Source: an uncultured Actinomycetes bacterium
Lineage (GTDB): Bacteria; Actinomycetota; Thermoleophilia; Gaiellales; Gaiellaceae
DNA: 64,000 nt
Direction of reading: 5' to 3'
Assembly: GCA_963764565.1 (NCBI GenBank)
Contig: CAVXTD010000015.1
Coordinates: 2,317 to 66,316 of the forward strand
Shown here: in pieces, positions 52,022 to 61,886 of the stretch
Numbering within the stretch: the first letter of the stretch is position 1
Layout of the letters: each line of letters opens with the position of its first letter
The notes under the pieces: model-generated
Told to the model about the DNA's origin: nothing
The model's database searches: none
Seen by the model: the letters and a program-made list of their open reading frames with translations, nothing else
Program-made: the position numbers and the translations under genes

Positions 52022-52606
52022 TCAGTAGCGGCGTAAACGCTCGCGCGCCCGTTCGTAGTCCTCGTCGGTGATCGCGCCTCGGTCGCGCTCGGCCCGAAGC
52101 CTCTCGAGCTCCTCGGCGACGTCCTGAGGATCGGGCTGCGCGCGAGAAGCGCCTCGCCGATGCCCGAGCCGGTCGGGGTCGATCCCGAACTGGCGCAGTC
52201 GCGCGCGCATGCGGGCCACTCCGACGCCCCGCGTCGGAAAGTGGTGTGCCCCGGGCCCCCAGAGCGGCCGTTTCTGCACGAACCGGCGATAGGCTGCGAG
52301 CAGCCCGGTCGCCACGCCCACTTCGAGCAGCAGCGTCACGAACGCGCGGCTCGACGTGTCGAACGTGTGGCTCGAGCCGTAGATCGCGGTCGCGAGACCG
52401 ACGCCCGCTGCGGAGCCGGCGAGGCCGATCAGGACGGTGAAGGAGAACGGCATCGGATCGGGCCCCGGTAGCGCCAGCCGTGCCGCGCCGCCGATCAGGA
52501 AGCCGGAGACGACCGCGGAGAGAATCACGCCGAGCACCCAGCGGAGGTTAGCGAGGACGCGCGAGGCCGAACGCGCGGCGAGAGCCCGACCGTTTGTGCT
52601 ATACAA
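52022..52606 (-). CDS. GlsB/YeaQ/YmgE-like membrane protein with C-terminal SHOCT-like tail
   Basis: Hydrophobic N-terminal half (GVILSAVVSGFLIGGAARLALPG...). The tail ...LERLRAERDRGAITDEDYERARERLRRY is SHOCT-like. The real start is probably downstream of track TTG 52606. Confidence 0.6.
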   Translation of the reverse strand: MYSTNGRALAARSASRVLANLRWVLGVILSAVVSGFLIGGAARLALPGPDPMPFSFTVLIGLAGSAAGVGLATAIYGSSHTFDTSSRAFVTLLLEVGVATGLLAAYRRFVQKRPLWGPGAHHFPTRGVGVARMRARLRQFGIDPDRLGHRRGASRAQPDPQDVAEELERLRAERDRGAITDEDYERARERLRRY

Positions 52607-52631
52607 CCATACAACTGTTTATGATTGAATA
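52600..52631. promoter_or_regulatory. AT-rich imperfect inverted repeat TATACAACCATA-N8-TATGATTGAATA between divergent genes (candidate ArsR-family operator)
   Basis: Read directly from the sequence. 10 of 12 arm positions are complementary. It also contains the direct repeat ATACAAC x2. Confidence 0.35.
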
Positions 52632-52984
52632 AGAAACCCGCAACGATGCCGCTTCCCAACCCCATCCCAGATGAGCTCGTCGAGTTGATCGCCCGCCGCT
52701 TCCGGGCGATCGGCGAGCCGATGCGAATCAGGCTGCTCGACCGGCTCCGCGACGGCGAGGCAACCGTCAACGAGCTGACGCGCGCGACAGGCGCCTCACA
52801 GCAGAACGTCTCGAAACACCTTGCCGTGCTCGCCGACTCGGGGATCGTCGGGCGCCGCAAGGACGGAACGCACGCCTACTACCGGATCGCGGACGAGGGA
52901 GTCTTCAGGCTCTGCGACGAGGTCTGCGGTGCGATCCAGCAGCAGCTCGCGGCTCTGAACGAGCTCGTCGAGGGAGTGCGTTGA
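52625..52984 (+). CDS. ArsR/SmtB-family transcriptional regulator
   Basis: ...FRAIGEPMRIRLLDRLRDGEATVNELTRATGASQQNVSKHLAVLADSGIV.RRKDG. The start is more likely ATG 52646 (MPLPNPIPDE). Confidence 0.8.
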   Translation: MNKKPATMPLPNPIPDELVELIARRFRAIGEPMRIRLLDRLRDGEATVNELTRATGASQQNVSKHLAVLADSGIVGRRKDGTHAYYRIADEGVFRLCDEVCGAIQQQLAALNELVEGVR

Positions 52985-53042
52985 TGTCCCGGCGCCCGCT
53001 CTGCCCGCCGTCGCTCGAGCTCCGGCGATTCTCCGGGCGGCG

Positions 53043-55211
53043 GTGCAGCCGGTGACCGCCGTCGCGTCCACCCGCCGCGTTGCGCCTGTGACCGCCGAGC
53101 ACGCTGCTGCAGTCGGGCCGGTCGGCCGGCTGGGCCGGTGGACCGTCGACCACGGTCGTGCCGTCGCGGTGGCGTGGCTGATCATCGGGATCGGCTTCGG
53201 CTTCTTTGCACCGAAGGTCGAATCGGCTCTCTCGGGTGCCGGTTGGCAGGCGAACGGCTCCCAGTCGGTCCAGGCGAGGAACCTGATCCAGGCGAACTTT
53301 GCCGGCCTCTCCAGCTCGGCGCTGACGGTGGTGGCGCACTCGGAGAGGGAGACCGTGAGCGACGTGGGCTTTCGATCGACGATCACGGCTGCCGAACGGC
53401 TGCTCCGGGCGAATCGCAACGTTGCCTCCGTTGTGGGACCCCGGCCCGGCTCGACGATCTCGGCCGACCGGCACACGGCGATCGTCACTGCCGGTGCCGG
53501 CGGCGACCCCACCGCAATGGTCGCCGCCGCCGACTCGCTCAAGGGCAAGCTGCATGCGCTCGGGAACGGCGACGTCAGCGTCGCTCTGACGGGCGCCTCC
53601 GGGATGTGGAGTGACTTCAACACCGCAAACCGGACGGCGATGATGAAGTCCGAGCTCTTCTCGTGGCCGGTGACGATGGTCATCCTCGTGCTGGCGTTCG
53701 GCTCGCTCGTCGCCGCCGGGCTCCCGCTGCTGCTGACGATCCTCGGCCTCATCTCCTCGGCCGGCCTGCTCGCGCTGCTCACGCACGGCTTCGAGATCTC
53801 GATCTGGGCGATGAACTTCGCACTCATGTTCGCGCTTGCGCTCGGGATCGACTACGCGCTCTTCATCGTCCACCGCTTTCGCGGCGCCTTCTTCGGCTCC
53901 CGGCTCGAGGCGCGCGACGCGGTCGCGGTGACGATGGACACGGCCGGGAAGGCGGTCCTGTTCTCCGGGGCCACGGTCCTGATCTCGCTCTCCGCCGTGA
54001 TGCTCGTCCCGAGCCCCGCGTTTCGGTCGATGGCGCTCGGGATCATGATCAGCGTCTTCTTCGTGCTCGGAGCGACCCTGACGCTGCTGCCGACGGTGCT
54101 TGCGAAGCTCGGGCCGAAGGTGGACTCGCTGGCGCTCCGCTGGGTTCACTCCGGGGAGCACCGATCGACGCGCTTCGCACGCTGGGGTGAGCTGCTCTGG
54201 CGGCACCCGCACGTGTTCGGCCCCGCCGCCACGATCGTGCTCGTTCTGCTCGCGCTGCCGATCTTCGGACTGAAGACCGGCATGCCCTCGATCAAGGTCG
54301 TCCCCGCGCACGACTCCTCGCGCGTCGGCTACGACCAAGTGCAGCAGGCGTTCGGCGCCGGCGCTCCGGGGGCGCTCCAGATCGTCGCTCCGCGGGCGGA
54401 GGCGGCAACCGTGTCGAGGATCGTCCGGAGCGATCCCGGCATCTCCTCCGCCTCACCTGCCCAGCAGGGTGGCGGCGGCCTGGCGCTCGTTCAGGCCGTT
54501 CCGAACACGGATCCGTCGAGTGCTCCGGTCGGGCGCACGATCGACCGCGTGCGCTCGCAGCTTCCCCCGCACGCGCTCGTGGGCGGCGCGGTCGCGGAGA
54601 ACCACGACCTCGAGCGGGCGCTTTCGGCGAAGACACCGCTCGTGATCGGGGTCGTGCTCACGCTCGGCTTCCTGCTCCTGCTCGTCGCCCTCCAGGCGCC
54701 GCTGATCGCCGCCCTCGGAGTGCTGACGAACCTGCTTGCGACCGGCGCTGCCTTCGGGATCGCCAGGCTGATCTTCCAGAACGGCCACGGCTCCGGCCTG
54801 CTCGGCTTCGAGTCGCAGGGATTTCTCGACGCCTGGGGGCCGGTGTTCTTCTTCGCGATGATCTTCGCGATCTCGATGGACTACACCGTCTTCCTGCTCT
54901 CGTCGGCCAAGGAGCACTTCGACCGCACCGGCGACCCGCGGGAAGCCTCGATCGCCGGGCTCGCACACTCCGGCCGGGTGATCTTCGCCGCCGCCGCCGT
55001 CATGGTCGCCGTCTTCTTCACCTTCGCGCTCTCCGGGCCGCTGCCGCCGAAGGAGATGGGCGTCATCCTCGGCATCGCGGTGCTGCTGGACGCGATGCTC
55101 GTCAGGCTCGTACTGATTCCGACGCTGCTGCGCGTGTTCGGCCGCTACGCCTGGGCTCGACCACGCTGGCTCGACCGCATCCTCCCCGACGTCCGCTTCG
55201 GCCACTCCTGA
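53043..55211 (+). CDS. MMPL-family (RND superfamily) membrane transporter
   Basis: Two 6-TM bundles with large loops; ...GIDYALFIVHRFR... and ...SMDYTVFLLSSAKE... motifs. Intact 722 aa. Confidence 0.85.
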   Translation: MQPVTAVASTRRVAPVTAEHAAAVGPVGRLGRWTVDHGRAVAVAWLIIGIGFGFFAPKVESALSGAGWQANGSQSVQARNLIQANFAGLSSSALTVVAHSERETVSDVGFRSTITAAERLLRANRNVASVVGPRPGSTISADRHTAIVTAGAGGDPTAMVAAADSLKGKLHALGNGDVSVALTGASGMWSDFNTANRTAMMKSELFSWPVTMVILVLAFGSLVAAGLPLLLTILGLISSAGLLALLTHGFEISIWAMNFALMFALALGIDYALFIVHRFRGAFFGSRLEARDAVAVTMDTAGKAVLFSGATVLISLSAVMLVPSPAFRSMALGIMISVFFVLGATLTLLPTVLAKLGPKVDSLALRWVHSGEHRSTRFARWGELLWRHPHVFGPAATIVLVLLALPIFGLKTGMPSIKVVPAHDSSRVGYDQVQQAFGAGAPGALQIVAPRAEAATVSRIVRSDPGISSASPAQQGGGGLALVQAVPNTDPSSAPVGRTIDRVRSQLPPHALVGGAVAENHDLERALSAKTPLVIGVVLTLGFLLLLVALQAPLIAALGVLTNLLATGAAFGIARLIFQNGHGSGLLGFESQGFLDAWGPVFFFAMIFAISMDYTVFLLSSAKEHFDRTGDPREASIAGLAHSGRVIFAAAAVMVAVFFTFALSGPLPPKEMGVILGIAVLLDAMLVRLVLIPTLLRVFGRYAWARPRWLDRILPDVRFGHS

Positions 55212-56405
55212 TCAGGCGGCGATGGTCAGGCTCTCGAGGTCGCGCGGGTAGTCGGTGAGGATCTCGATTCCGTCCTCGGTGACGACGACGGTGTCGGAGT
55301 GGCGGAAGCCGCCGAGCCCTTCCCGGTAGACGCCGGGCTCGATCGTGAACACCATCCCGGGCTCGAGCGGCGTGTGGTCGCCGACGTCGAGGAACGGCGC
55401 CTCGTGGTTGCGCAGACCGATCGCGTGGCCCGTGTGCTGGCGCCAGAGCGGGAGGAGGTCGTTGGCCTCGAAATAGCCCAGCACCGCGCGGTCGACGTCG
55501 GCGCACGTGGCGCCGGGCTGGAACGCGGCGAACGCGACGTCCTGTGCGGCGACGGTGTGATCGAACAGGCGCCGCATCTCGTCGGTCGGCGCGCCGACGA
55601 CCATGCCGCGCTCCAGCTCGGCGTTGTAGCCCCAGACCGGCGCGGCCGTCTCGGTGACGAGCATGTCGCCGGGCTCGAACCGGATGTTGTGGGCGACCGC
55701 GTGCGCCCAGGCGCTGCGCTTGCCGATCTGGCCGCGATAGCCGGCGGTGGCGCCGTCCTGGGAGCCGAGCTGGCCTGCGTACTCGTGGCCGAGCGCCTCG
55801 AGCATCGCGAGCGTCGCCTCGTAACCGGCGCGCAGGGAAGCCTCGGCCTCGGTCGCGCCGGGCACCGAGTACTGCTGGAGCAGCCGGTGGGCGTGGGCGC
55901 ACCAGCGGCCGCTTTCGCGGATCAGCTCGACCTCGGCCGGGCTCTTGCGGGCGATCGCGTGCTCCAGGACGGGCGCGAGCGGCGCGACCTTCGCGCCGGT
56001 CACCTCGGAGAGCGGCGGCCCCTGGTAGCCGAGGATGCCGGGATAGCCGTCGCTGTCCGCGCCGATCTTGCCGTCGATGCCCAGGTCCGCGAGCACGCGC
56101 GCGAAGATCGGCATCGGGTGCTCGACTCCCGGGTACTCCGGATACGACTCGATGCGCTCGAAGGACGACTCGGCGCGGGTGCGCTCGACCTCGAACTCGG
56201 GGACGAAGACCACCATCTCGCCGGCCGCGTTCTGTGCGAAGGCGATCGGGCGCTCGTTCGACAGAAAATTGAAGCCCGTCAGATACTGGATGTAGCTCTG
56301 ATCGAACAGGACGTAGCCGGTCAGCCCACCGCCGCGGGCGTGCTCGAGCACCCGTTCGCGCCGGGCCTCGAGCTCTGCTGCCGCGATGCCTGTTGCCTGC
56401 GTCAA
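55212..56405 (-). CDS. M24-family metallopeptidase (Xaa-Pro peptidase/creatinase-like)
   Basis: Creatinase-like N-terminal domain plus pita-bread domain: ...GDMLVTETAAPVWGYNAELERGM...HTGHAIGLRNHE...GMVFTIEPGVY... TTG start. Confidence 0.85.
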   Translation of the reverse strand: MTQATGIAAAELEARRERVLEHARGGGLTGYVLFDQSYIQYLTGFNFLSNERPIAFAQNAAGEMVVFVPEFEVERTRAESSFERIESYPEYPGVEHPMPIFARVLADLGIDGKIGADSDGYPGILGYQGPPLSEVTGAKVAPLAPVLEHAIARKSPAEVELIRESGRWCAHAHRLLQQYSVPGATEAEASLRAGYEATLAMLEALGHEYAGQLGSQDGATAGYRGQIGKRSAWAHAVAHNIRFEPGDMLVTETAAPVWGYNAELERGMVVGAPTDEMRRLFDHTVAAQDVAFAAFQPGATCADVDRAVLGYFEANDLLPLWRQHTGHAIGLRNHEAPFLDVGDHTPLEPGMVFTIEPGVYREGLGGFRHSDTVVVTEDGIEILTDYPRDLESLTIAA

Positions 56406-56417
56406 CTCGACTGCACC

Positions 56418-56933
56418 CTAAGGGTCGATGCGTAGGCTGCGGGAGAGCGTGACCCCACCGATCACGATCGCTGCGAAGCAGCCGAGCTCGACGACCTCCG
56501 CGTCGCTGTACACCGACCGCAGCTCTGCGTAGACGGCGTCGAAGGCGGCTGGATCGGCCTCGAGCACGAGGGCGCGAGCGTAGCTCAGAGCGGCACGCAC
56601 CCGGGGATCGGGGTGCTCGAACCGGGGCAGGGCACACGCGGCGGCGTCGGCCTCATCCAGGCCTTCGTCGAGGGCCTTGACGGATCGTTGCTCGGCGCAG
56701 AAGTCGCAGCCGAGGAGTTGCGAGATCGCGATCCGCATCAGCTCCTTCGTCGTGTGCTCGACCCGTCCGCCGCGATGGGTCAGATCCCAGTACGCGGCGT
56801 ATGCCTTGGCCATCTCCGGGCTGTGGGCGAGCGTCAGATACCAGGCCGGCTTCGGGGTCGAGAGGTGCTCGGCGCGCTCGAGCACGGCCTGGAGCCCGGG
56901 ATCGGTCACCTCCTCGCGCGCGACCTGCGGCAG
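56418..56933 (-). CDS. Carboxymuconolactone decarboxylase (AhpD-like) family protein
   Basis: ...LAHSPEMAKAYAAYWD...TKELMRIAISQLLGCDFCAEQR... The start is uncertain: CTG 56933 or GTG 56909. The track M at 57017 would overlap the upstream gene. Confidence 0.65.
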   Translation of the reverse strand: MPQVAREEVTDPGLQAVLERAEHLSTPKPAWYLTLAHSPEMAKAYAAYWDLTHRGGRVEHTTKELMRIAISQLLGCDFCAEQRSVKALDEGLDEADAAACALPRFEHPDPRVRAALSYARALVLEADPAAFDAVYAELRSVYSDAEVVELGCFAAIVIGGVTLSRSLRIDP

Positions 56934-56943
56934 GCGCCCCCGG

Positions 56944-57756
56944 TCACAGGGCCAGCGCCTCCTCGACTTCGGCCACGGTCGCCGGCTCGCGCTCGAGCGC
57001 GCGCGCGACCCCGGCAAGCCGCTCGACCAGCTCGGCGTTCGACTCGGCCGGCACGCCGCGGCGCAGCATGAGCGTGTCTTCCATGCCGGTGCGGGCGTTG
57101 CCGCCCATCGCCAGCCCGATCGCGGTCATCGGCAGGTTCGCGCGGCCGATCGCGATCGCCTGCCAGACCGCGCCCGGCGGGAGGCGGTCGACCAGTTGGA
57201 CGAGGCTGTCCGGCGTGGCCGGCATGCCGCCGCGGATGCCCATGACGATCGAGAACTGGAGCGGCTCGGCGAGCAGGCCCTCCGCGAGCAGCGAGAGCGC
57301 GACGTCGAGGTGGCCAGTGTCGTAGATCTCGAGCTCGGGCTTGACGCCCAGCTCCCGCATCCGTGCCGCCAGCCGGCGGACGCCCTCGGGCGGGTTGCGG
57401 AACTCGCCGTTCGCGAAGCTCATCGAGCACGGGTTCAGCGACGCCATCCGCGGCCGCGCCTCGACCAGCCGCTCGCGCTCCTCGAACGGCACGTCGAGCC
57501 CGACGCCGGTCGAGAGCTGGACGAGAGCCGGGCACGCCTCTTCGATCAGCCCGACCGTCCGCGCTGCGCGGTGTCGAGGTCGGCCGTCGGCCGGCCCTGC
57601 TCGTCGCGGACGTGGACGTGGACGACCGCCGCGCCCGCGTCGTGGGCGCCGCGCGCCGCCGCGGCGATCTCCTCCGGGCGTCGTCGGCAGGTTCGGGTTG
57701 TCGGCCTTCGTCGCGATCGGCCCGGTCAGGGCACAGGTGAGAACTGCAGCTACCAC
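56944..57756 (-). pseudogene. BKACE (beta-keto acid cleavage enzyme, DUF849) family protein with two compensating frame breaks (near 57668 and 57558)
   Basis: (V)VAAVLTCALTGPIATKADNPNLPTTP, then about 37 out-of-frame codons (the third frame reads EEIAAAARGAHDAGAAVVHVHVRDEQGRPTADLDTAQR), then back in frame with TVGLIEEACPALVQLSTG...EIYDTGHL...GGNARTGMEDTL... Confidence 0.8.
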
Positions 57757-58433
57757 AGCGACGGCGCGGGCTCACGCTCCAGGTTCTCGGCGACGTACAG
57801 CGCGGGCAGGAAGCTCGCCAGGTACATCCATTCCGTGTTCGAGTGCTTCATCAGCCCGAAGCCGACAGCGTCCGGGACCTCCCGCTCGAGCTCGGCGGGC
57901 GACATCACGCCGGCGAGGTCCTGGCCGAGGTAGAAGTGGCTGCGGAGCACCATCCCCTGCGGCGTGTCACGCCCGACGTGCAGAAGTCGTCCGCCGAGCA
58001 CGCGTCCCTCGTCGTCGCGCGGTGGCTCGAGCTCGACCCCAATCCTGGCGTTCACGAGCGAGGTCGCCGCACCGGAGGCGCGGGCCAGGCCGAGCGCCTC
58101 CGCCGAGTAGAACTCGGCCGGGTCGCGAAACTGGATCCGGAGGCCGAGCACCTCGTCGCTGCCGAGCCGCTCCTCGACGACGTGTTCCGAGCCCACGTTC
58201 CGGCCGGGCTCCCAGTTGTCCCAGCGCGACGAGACGTGGTCGCCCGGGTGCCACCAGACGTACTTCTGCGTGTCGCAGCCCCAGCCGAACCACCAGGAGA
58301 ACATCGCCCCGGTGCAGCCGGGCATCAGCGTCCGTACGGCGACGTGCAGCACGCCGGACGGCAGCCGCTCCATGCCCATCTCGAGGGCCATCGGCGCCGG
58401 ATCGAGTAGCCGATCAGCTTCGCTGAACTCCAT
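57750..58433 (-). CDS. Hypothetical protein; possibly a DAPG/phloretin-hydrolase-like C-C hydrolase fold (weak recollection)
   Basis: Intact 227 aa with a strong AGGAGG RBS. The motif ...FSWWFGWGCDTQKYVWWHPGDHVSSRW... is reminiscent of the PhlG family. Not verifiable here. Confidence 0.7.
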   Translation of the reverse strand: MEFSEADRLLDPAPMALEMGMERLPSGVLHVAVRTLMPGCTGAMFSWWFGWGCDTQKYVWWHPGDHVSSRWDNWEPGRNVGSEHVVEERLGSDEVLGLRIQFRDPAEFYSAEALGLARASGAATSLVNARIGVELEPPRDDEGRVLGGRLLHVGRDTPQGMVLRSHFYLGQDLAGVMSPAELEREVPDAVGFGLMKHSNTEWMYLASFLPALYVAENLEREPAPSLW

Positions 58434-58445
58434 CGTTTCCTCCTT

Positions 58446-59200
58446 TCACATGTCCCCCTTTGCCTCTCCGACGTACAGCGCCCGCAGGCGTGGGTCGTTG
58501 CGCAGCTCGTCCGGGCGGCCGCCGAGGGCGACCCGGCCCTTCTCGAGCACGTAGGCGCGTCCGGCGAGCGCCAGGCCGCGCTCGACGTTCTGCTCGATCA
58601 GCGATCATCGCGACGCCCCTGGCGGTTGAGCTCCGCGATCGTCTCGTAGATCGGTCGACGGTGACGGCGCGAGGCCGAGCGAGATCTCGTCGAAAATGAT
58701 CAGGCTCGGCGCGGCCATCAGCGCCCGGCCGATCGCGAGCATCTGCTGCTGGCCCCCGGAGAGCGCCCCGCCCGAGTCGCGCGCGCTTCTCCCGCAGCAC
58801 CTCGAACAGGTCGTACGACCCGCGCGAGCCGCTCGCGCGCGCTCGGCCGCTCGGCGCCGTGCGGCCGCCGAGCTCGAGGTTCTCCTCGACGCTCAGGTCG
58901 GCGAAGATCCGCCGTCCCTCCATGCAGTGCGCGATGCCCAGCCGTACCATCTCGTGCGGCTGGCGGCCGTCGATCCGCTTGCCGCGGAAGCTGACCTCGC
59001 CCGCCGGTCGCCGGAGCATGCCGCTGAGGCCGCGCGCGGTCGTGGTCTTTCCGGCGCCGTTGGCGCCGAGCAGCGCCACCACCTCGCCCGGGCCGCACTC
59101 GAGGTGACGTCGTGCAGCGCCCGGAAGGCCCGTAGCGGCAGCGATCGCCGCGCACCTCGAGCAGCGGGCGCTCGCCGGCGGCGCGCCGGCGCTCGGCCGC
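58446..59200 (-). pseudogene. livF: Branched-chain-type ABC ATP-binding protein LivF-like, five or more frame breaks; boundaries approximate
   Basis: The pieces PLLEVRG, YGPFRALHDVT, GEVVALLGANGAGKTTT...[45 protein letters not shown] and YVLEKGRVALGGRPDELRNDPRLRALYVGEAKGDM* lie in all three frames. Confidence 0.7.
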
Positions 59201-59970
59201 GCGGCGGACGCCGCGCCGACGCCGCCGGTGCCGAGGTACACGGCCGCGACCTTGTCGGGTCGGCGAGCACCTCGTCCGGCGCGCCCTCGATCAGCTTCTT
59301 GCCCCAGTCGAGCACGACCAGCCGGTCGGAGCACTCGCGGATCACGTCGATCACGTGCTCGACCACGAGGATCGCCTCGACCTCGGCCCGCAGCGGCTGG
59401 ATCAGCTCGATCAGCTCGATGCAGCTCCGACTCGACCAGCCCGGCGCCGATCTCGTCCAGAAGGAGCAGCCGCGGGCGCAGCGCCAGCGCCCGCGCCAGC
59501 TCGAGCCGCTTCAGCCGCAGCAGGCCAGGTCGCCGGCCGGCACGTCCGCGAACCCCCCGAGGCCGCTCGGCTCGAGAATCGCGAGGCAGTCTCGAGCGCC
59601 GTCGCGCCTCCGAGCCCGGGCCGTAGCACCTGCCCAGCAGCAGGTTCTCGAGCACCTGAGGCCGGGCGAACGGCCTCGGGATCTGGTGGGTGCGCCCGAT
59701 GCCGAGCCGGGCGCGCGGGCCGGGGCGCCAGGCCGGTCACGCGCTCGCCGTAGAGGTAGACCGCCGCTGCTCGCCGGGATCGCGCCGGAGAGCAGGCCGA
59801 TCAGGGTGCTCTTGCCCGCGCCGTTCGGGCCGATGACGCCGAGCGTCTCGCCGGAGCGCAGCTCGAGGTCGAGCGAGTCCACCGCGAGCACGCCGCCGTA
59901 GCGCTTCGACGACGACCGCGCGCCTCGAGCAGCCGCTCGCCGACGAGACCGTGGCGGCGGCGGTGCTCAT
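59195..59970 (-). pseudogene. livG: ABC ATP-binding protein LivG-like, three or more frame breaks; boundaries approximate
   Basis: The pieces GERLLEARG, KRYGGVLAVDSLDLELRSGETLGVIGPNGAGKSTLIGLLSG, IGRTHQIPRPFARPQVLENLLLG, LLLLDEIGAGL, VEHVIDVIRECSDRLVVLDWGKKLIEGAPDEVLADP and VAAVYLG are spread over three frames. Confidence 0.65.
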
Positions 59971-60978
59971 GTCCTGCCCCTCCGGCGGTCGGGCGAGCCG
60001 GTGCGCAGCCAGCCTGGCGAGCGTCCCCCAGATCCCGTCCGGCGCGAAGCGGATGACCAGGATCAGGATCGCGCCGGTGATGGCGATGTGCAGTCTCGGG
60101 GTGGCCGGCGAGCTGCTCTCCGAGCCAGATCACGAAGAGGGCGCCGGCGAGCGGGCCGATTACGGTGCCGGTGCCGCCGATGATCGCGATCGTGACGATG
60201 TCGACCGTCCAGTTGAGCGCGAACGCCCCGCCGGGCTCGATCTTCCCGAGGTAGTCGGCCTGCAGGCCGCCGACGAGCGCCCATCACGAAGCCGGAGATC
60301 ACGAAGGCCCACGAGCTTGACCTGGAACGGCCAGAGGCCCATCTGCTGCGCGGCGTCCTCGTCGTCCCGGATCGAGCGCAGCCCGAGGCCGAGCCGGGTG
60401 CGCAGCAGGACGGCGAGCAGGGCCGTGGCGGCCGCAGCGACGACGAGCGCCATGTAGTAGAGCTGCCGCGGGGTGGGGGCGGTGTTGGTGAGGAACAGGC
60501 CGGCCGACCCGTTGAGGCCGAAGTGGTTCCAGTTGAACACCCAGATCTGAGCGCCTGCGCCAGGACCAGCGTCCGATCACGAAGTAGAGGCCGCGGAGCC
60601 GGAAGAGCGCCGGGCTGACGAGCGCCGCGAAGACGGCAGCGACAGGCCGCCGCCGAGCAGGATCGCCGGGAGTCACCGCCAAACCCGCCCCGATCGACCA
60701 GCTTCGCCATGCCGTACATGCCGAGCCCGATGAACGCCGCGGAGCCGAGCGAGACGAGCCCGCCGTAGCCGGCCAGCAGGTTCCACGCCTGCGCGAGCGC
60801 CGCGTACTCGAGGATCCGGAACGTAACCAGGACGACGTAGTCGCTCGAGAACACGGCGAGCACGGCGGCGAGCACCGCGACTCCCGCCAGCAGGGCTCCA
60901 CCGAGCACGGCGGACGGAGCCACCGGCGAGCCGCTCCAGCGACCGCGGGATCGCGACCGGCTGCCCCGGCCCGATCAA
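59967..60978 (-). pseudogene. livM: ABC permease LivM-like, three or more frame breaks; boundaries approximate
   Basis: The pieces SAVLGGALLAGVAVLAAVLAVFSSDYVV...AQAWNLLAGYGGLVSLGSAAFIGLGMYG, LFRLRGLYFVI, LGLGLRSIRDDEDAAQQMGL and TVDIVTIAIIGGTGTVIGPLAGALFVIWL are in different frames. The TTG start overlaps the livH TGA. Confidence 0.65.
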
Positions 60979-61862
60979 CCGACACGACCGAAGAGCCCCC
61001 GAGGACGGACGGCGAGGACGGCGAGGAAGACGGCGAAGCCGATGAAGTCGCGGTAGCCGTCGCCGACCTGCGGGAACGACGCGCCGACGCTCTCGGCGAC
61101 ACCGATCAGCAGGCCGCCGATCAGCGTCCCTTTCAGGCTGCCAAGGCCTCCGAGCACGACGACGGCGAAGCCGGTCAGCAGGTAGGTCGCGCCGGTCGTC
61201 GGGCCGAACGAGAAGGCGAGCCCGACCAGCACGCCGCCGATCGCCGCGAACGCCGAGCCGATCCCGTAGGTCAGCCCGTAGGCTCGGGCAACGTTGACGC
61301 CGAGCACTTCGGCCGCCTCGGGATCCTCGGACGCGGCGCGGATCTCGCGGCCGTAGCCCGTCCGCTGCATGAACATATGTGTGCCCGAGGTCAGCACGAC
61401 GGCAAAGCCGAAGCTGATCGCGTAGATCACCGGCACGTCGATGCCGGCGAGCCGAGAACGAGTCGGTCGAGTACGAGGCGTTCAGCGATCGCTCGTCCGC
61501 GCTGAAGACGAGCCTGAAGATGTTCACGGGCGATGATCGACAGGCCGAAGGTCGTCATCAGCGGCGCCTCGGCCCCCTTGCTCATCAGCGGGGCCGAGCA
61601 AGATCCGCTGGAGCGGGTAGCCGAGCAGGAACATGCCGGCACGATCACGACGAGGGCGAGCAGGCGGGTCGAGGCCGCCATGCTTCCCGAGCTCGAACGC
61701 GAGGAACGCGCCGAGCACGAGAAGCTCCCCGTGCACGAGGTTGATCAGCCGCATCACGCCAAAGACGAGCGAGAGGCCGAGCGCCGTTACCGTAAACAGC
61801 CCTCCGAGGAGCAGCCCCGTCACCAGGGCGGTGGCGAAGGCGTGTCCGGTCGGCCAGTCCAC
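60975..61862 (-). pseudogene. livH: ABC permease LivH-like, two or more frame breaks
   Basis: The N-terminus MDWPTGHAFATALVTGLLLGGLFTVTALGLSLVFGVMRLINLVHGELLVLGAF is in ORF 61524..61862. The middle is in ORF 61427..61681. The C-terminus ...RIRAASEDPEAAEVLGVNV...VVLGGLGSLKGTLIGG...RPRGLFGRVG* is in ORF 60975..61436. Confidence 0.75.
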
Positions 61863-61886
61863 GGCGCTCAGCCTCTCACCGGCGAC

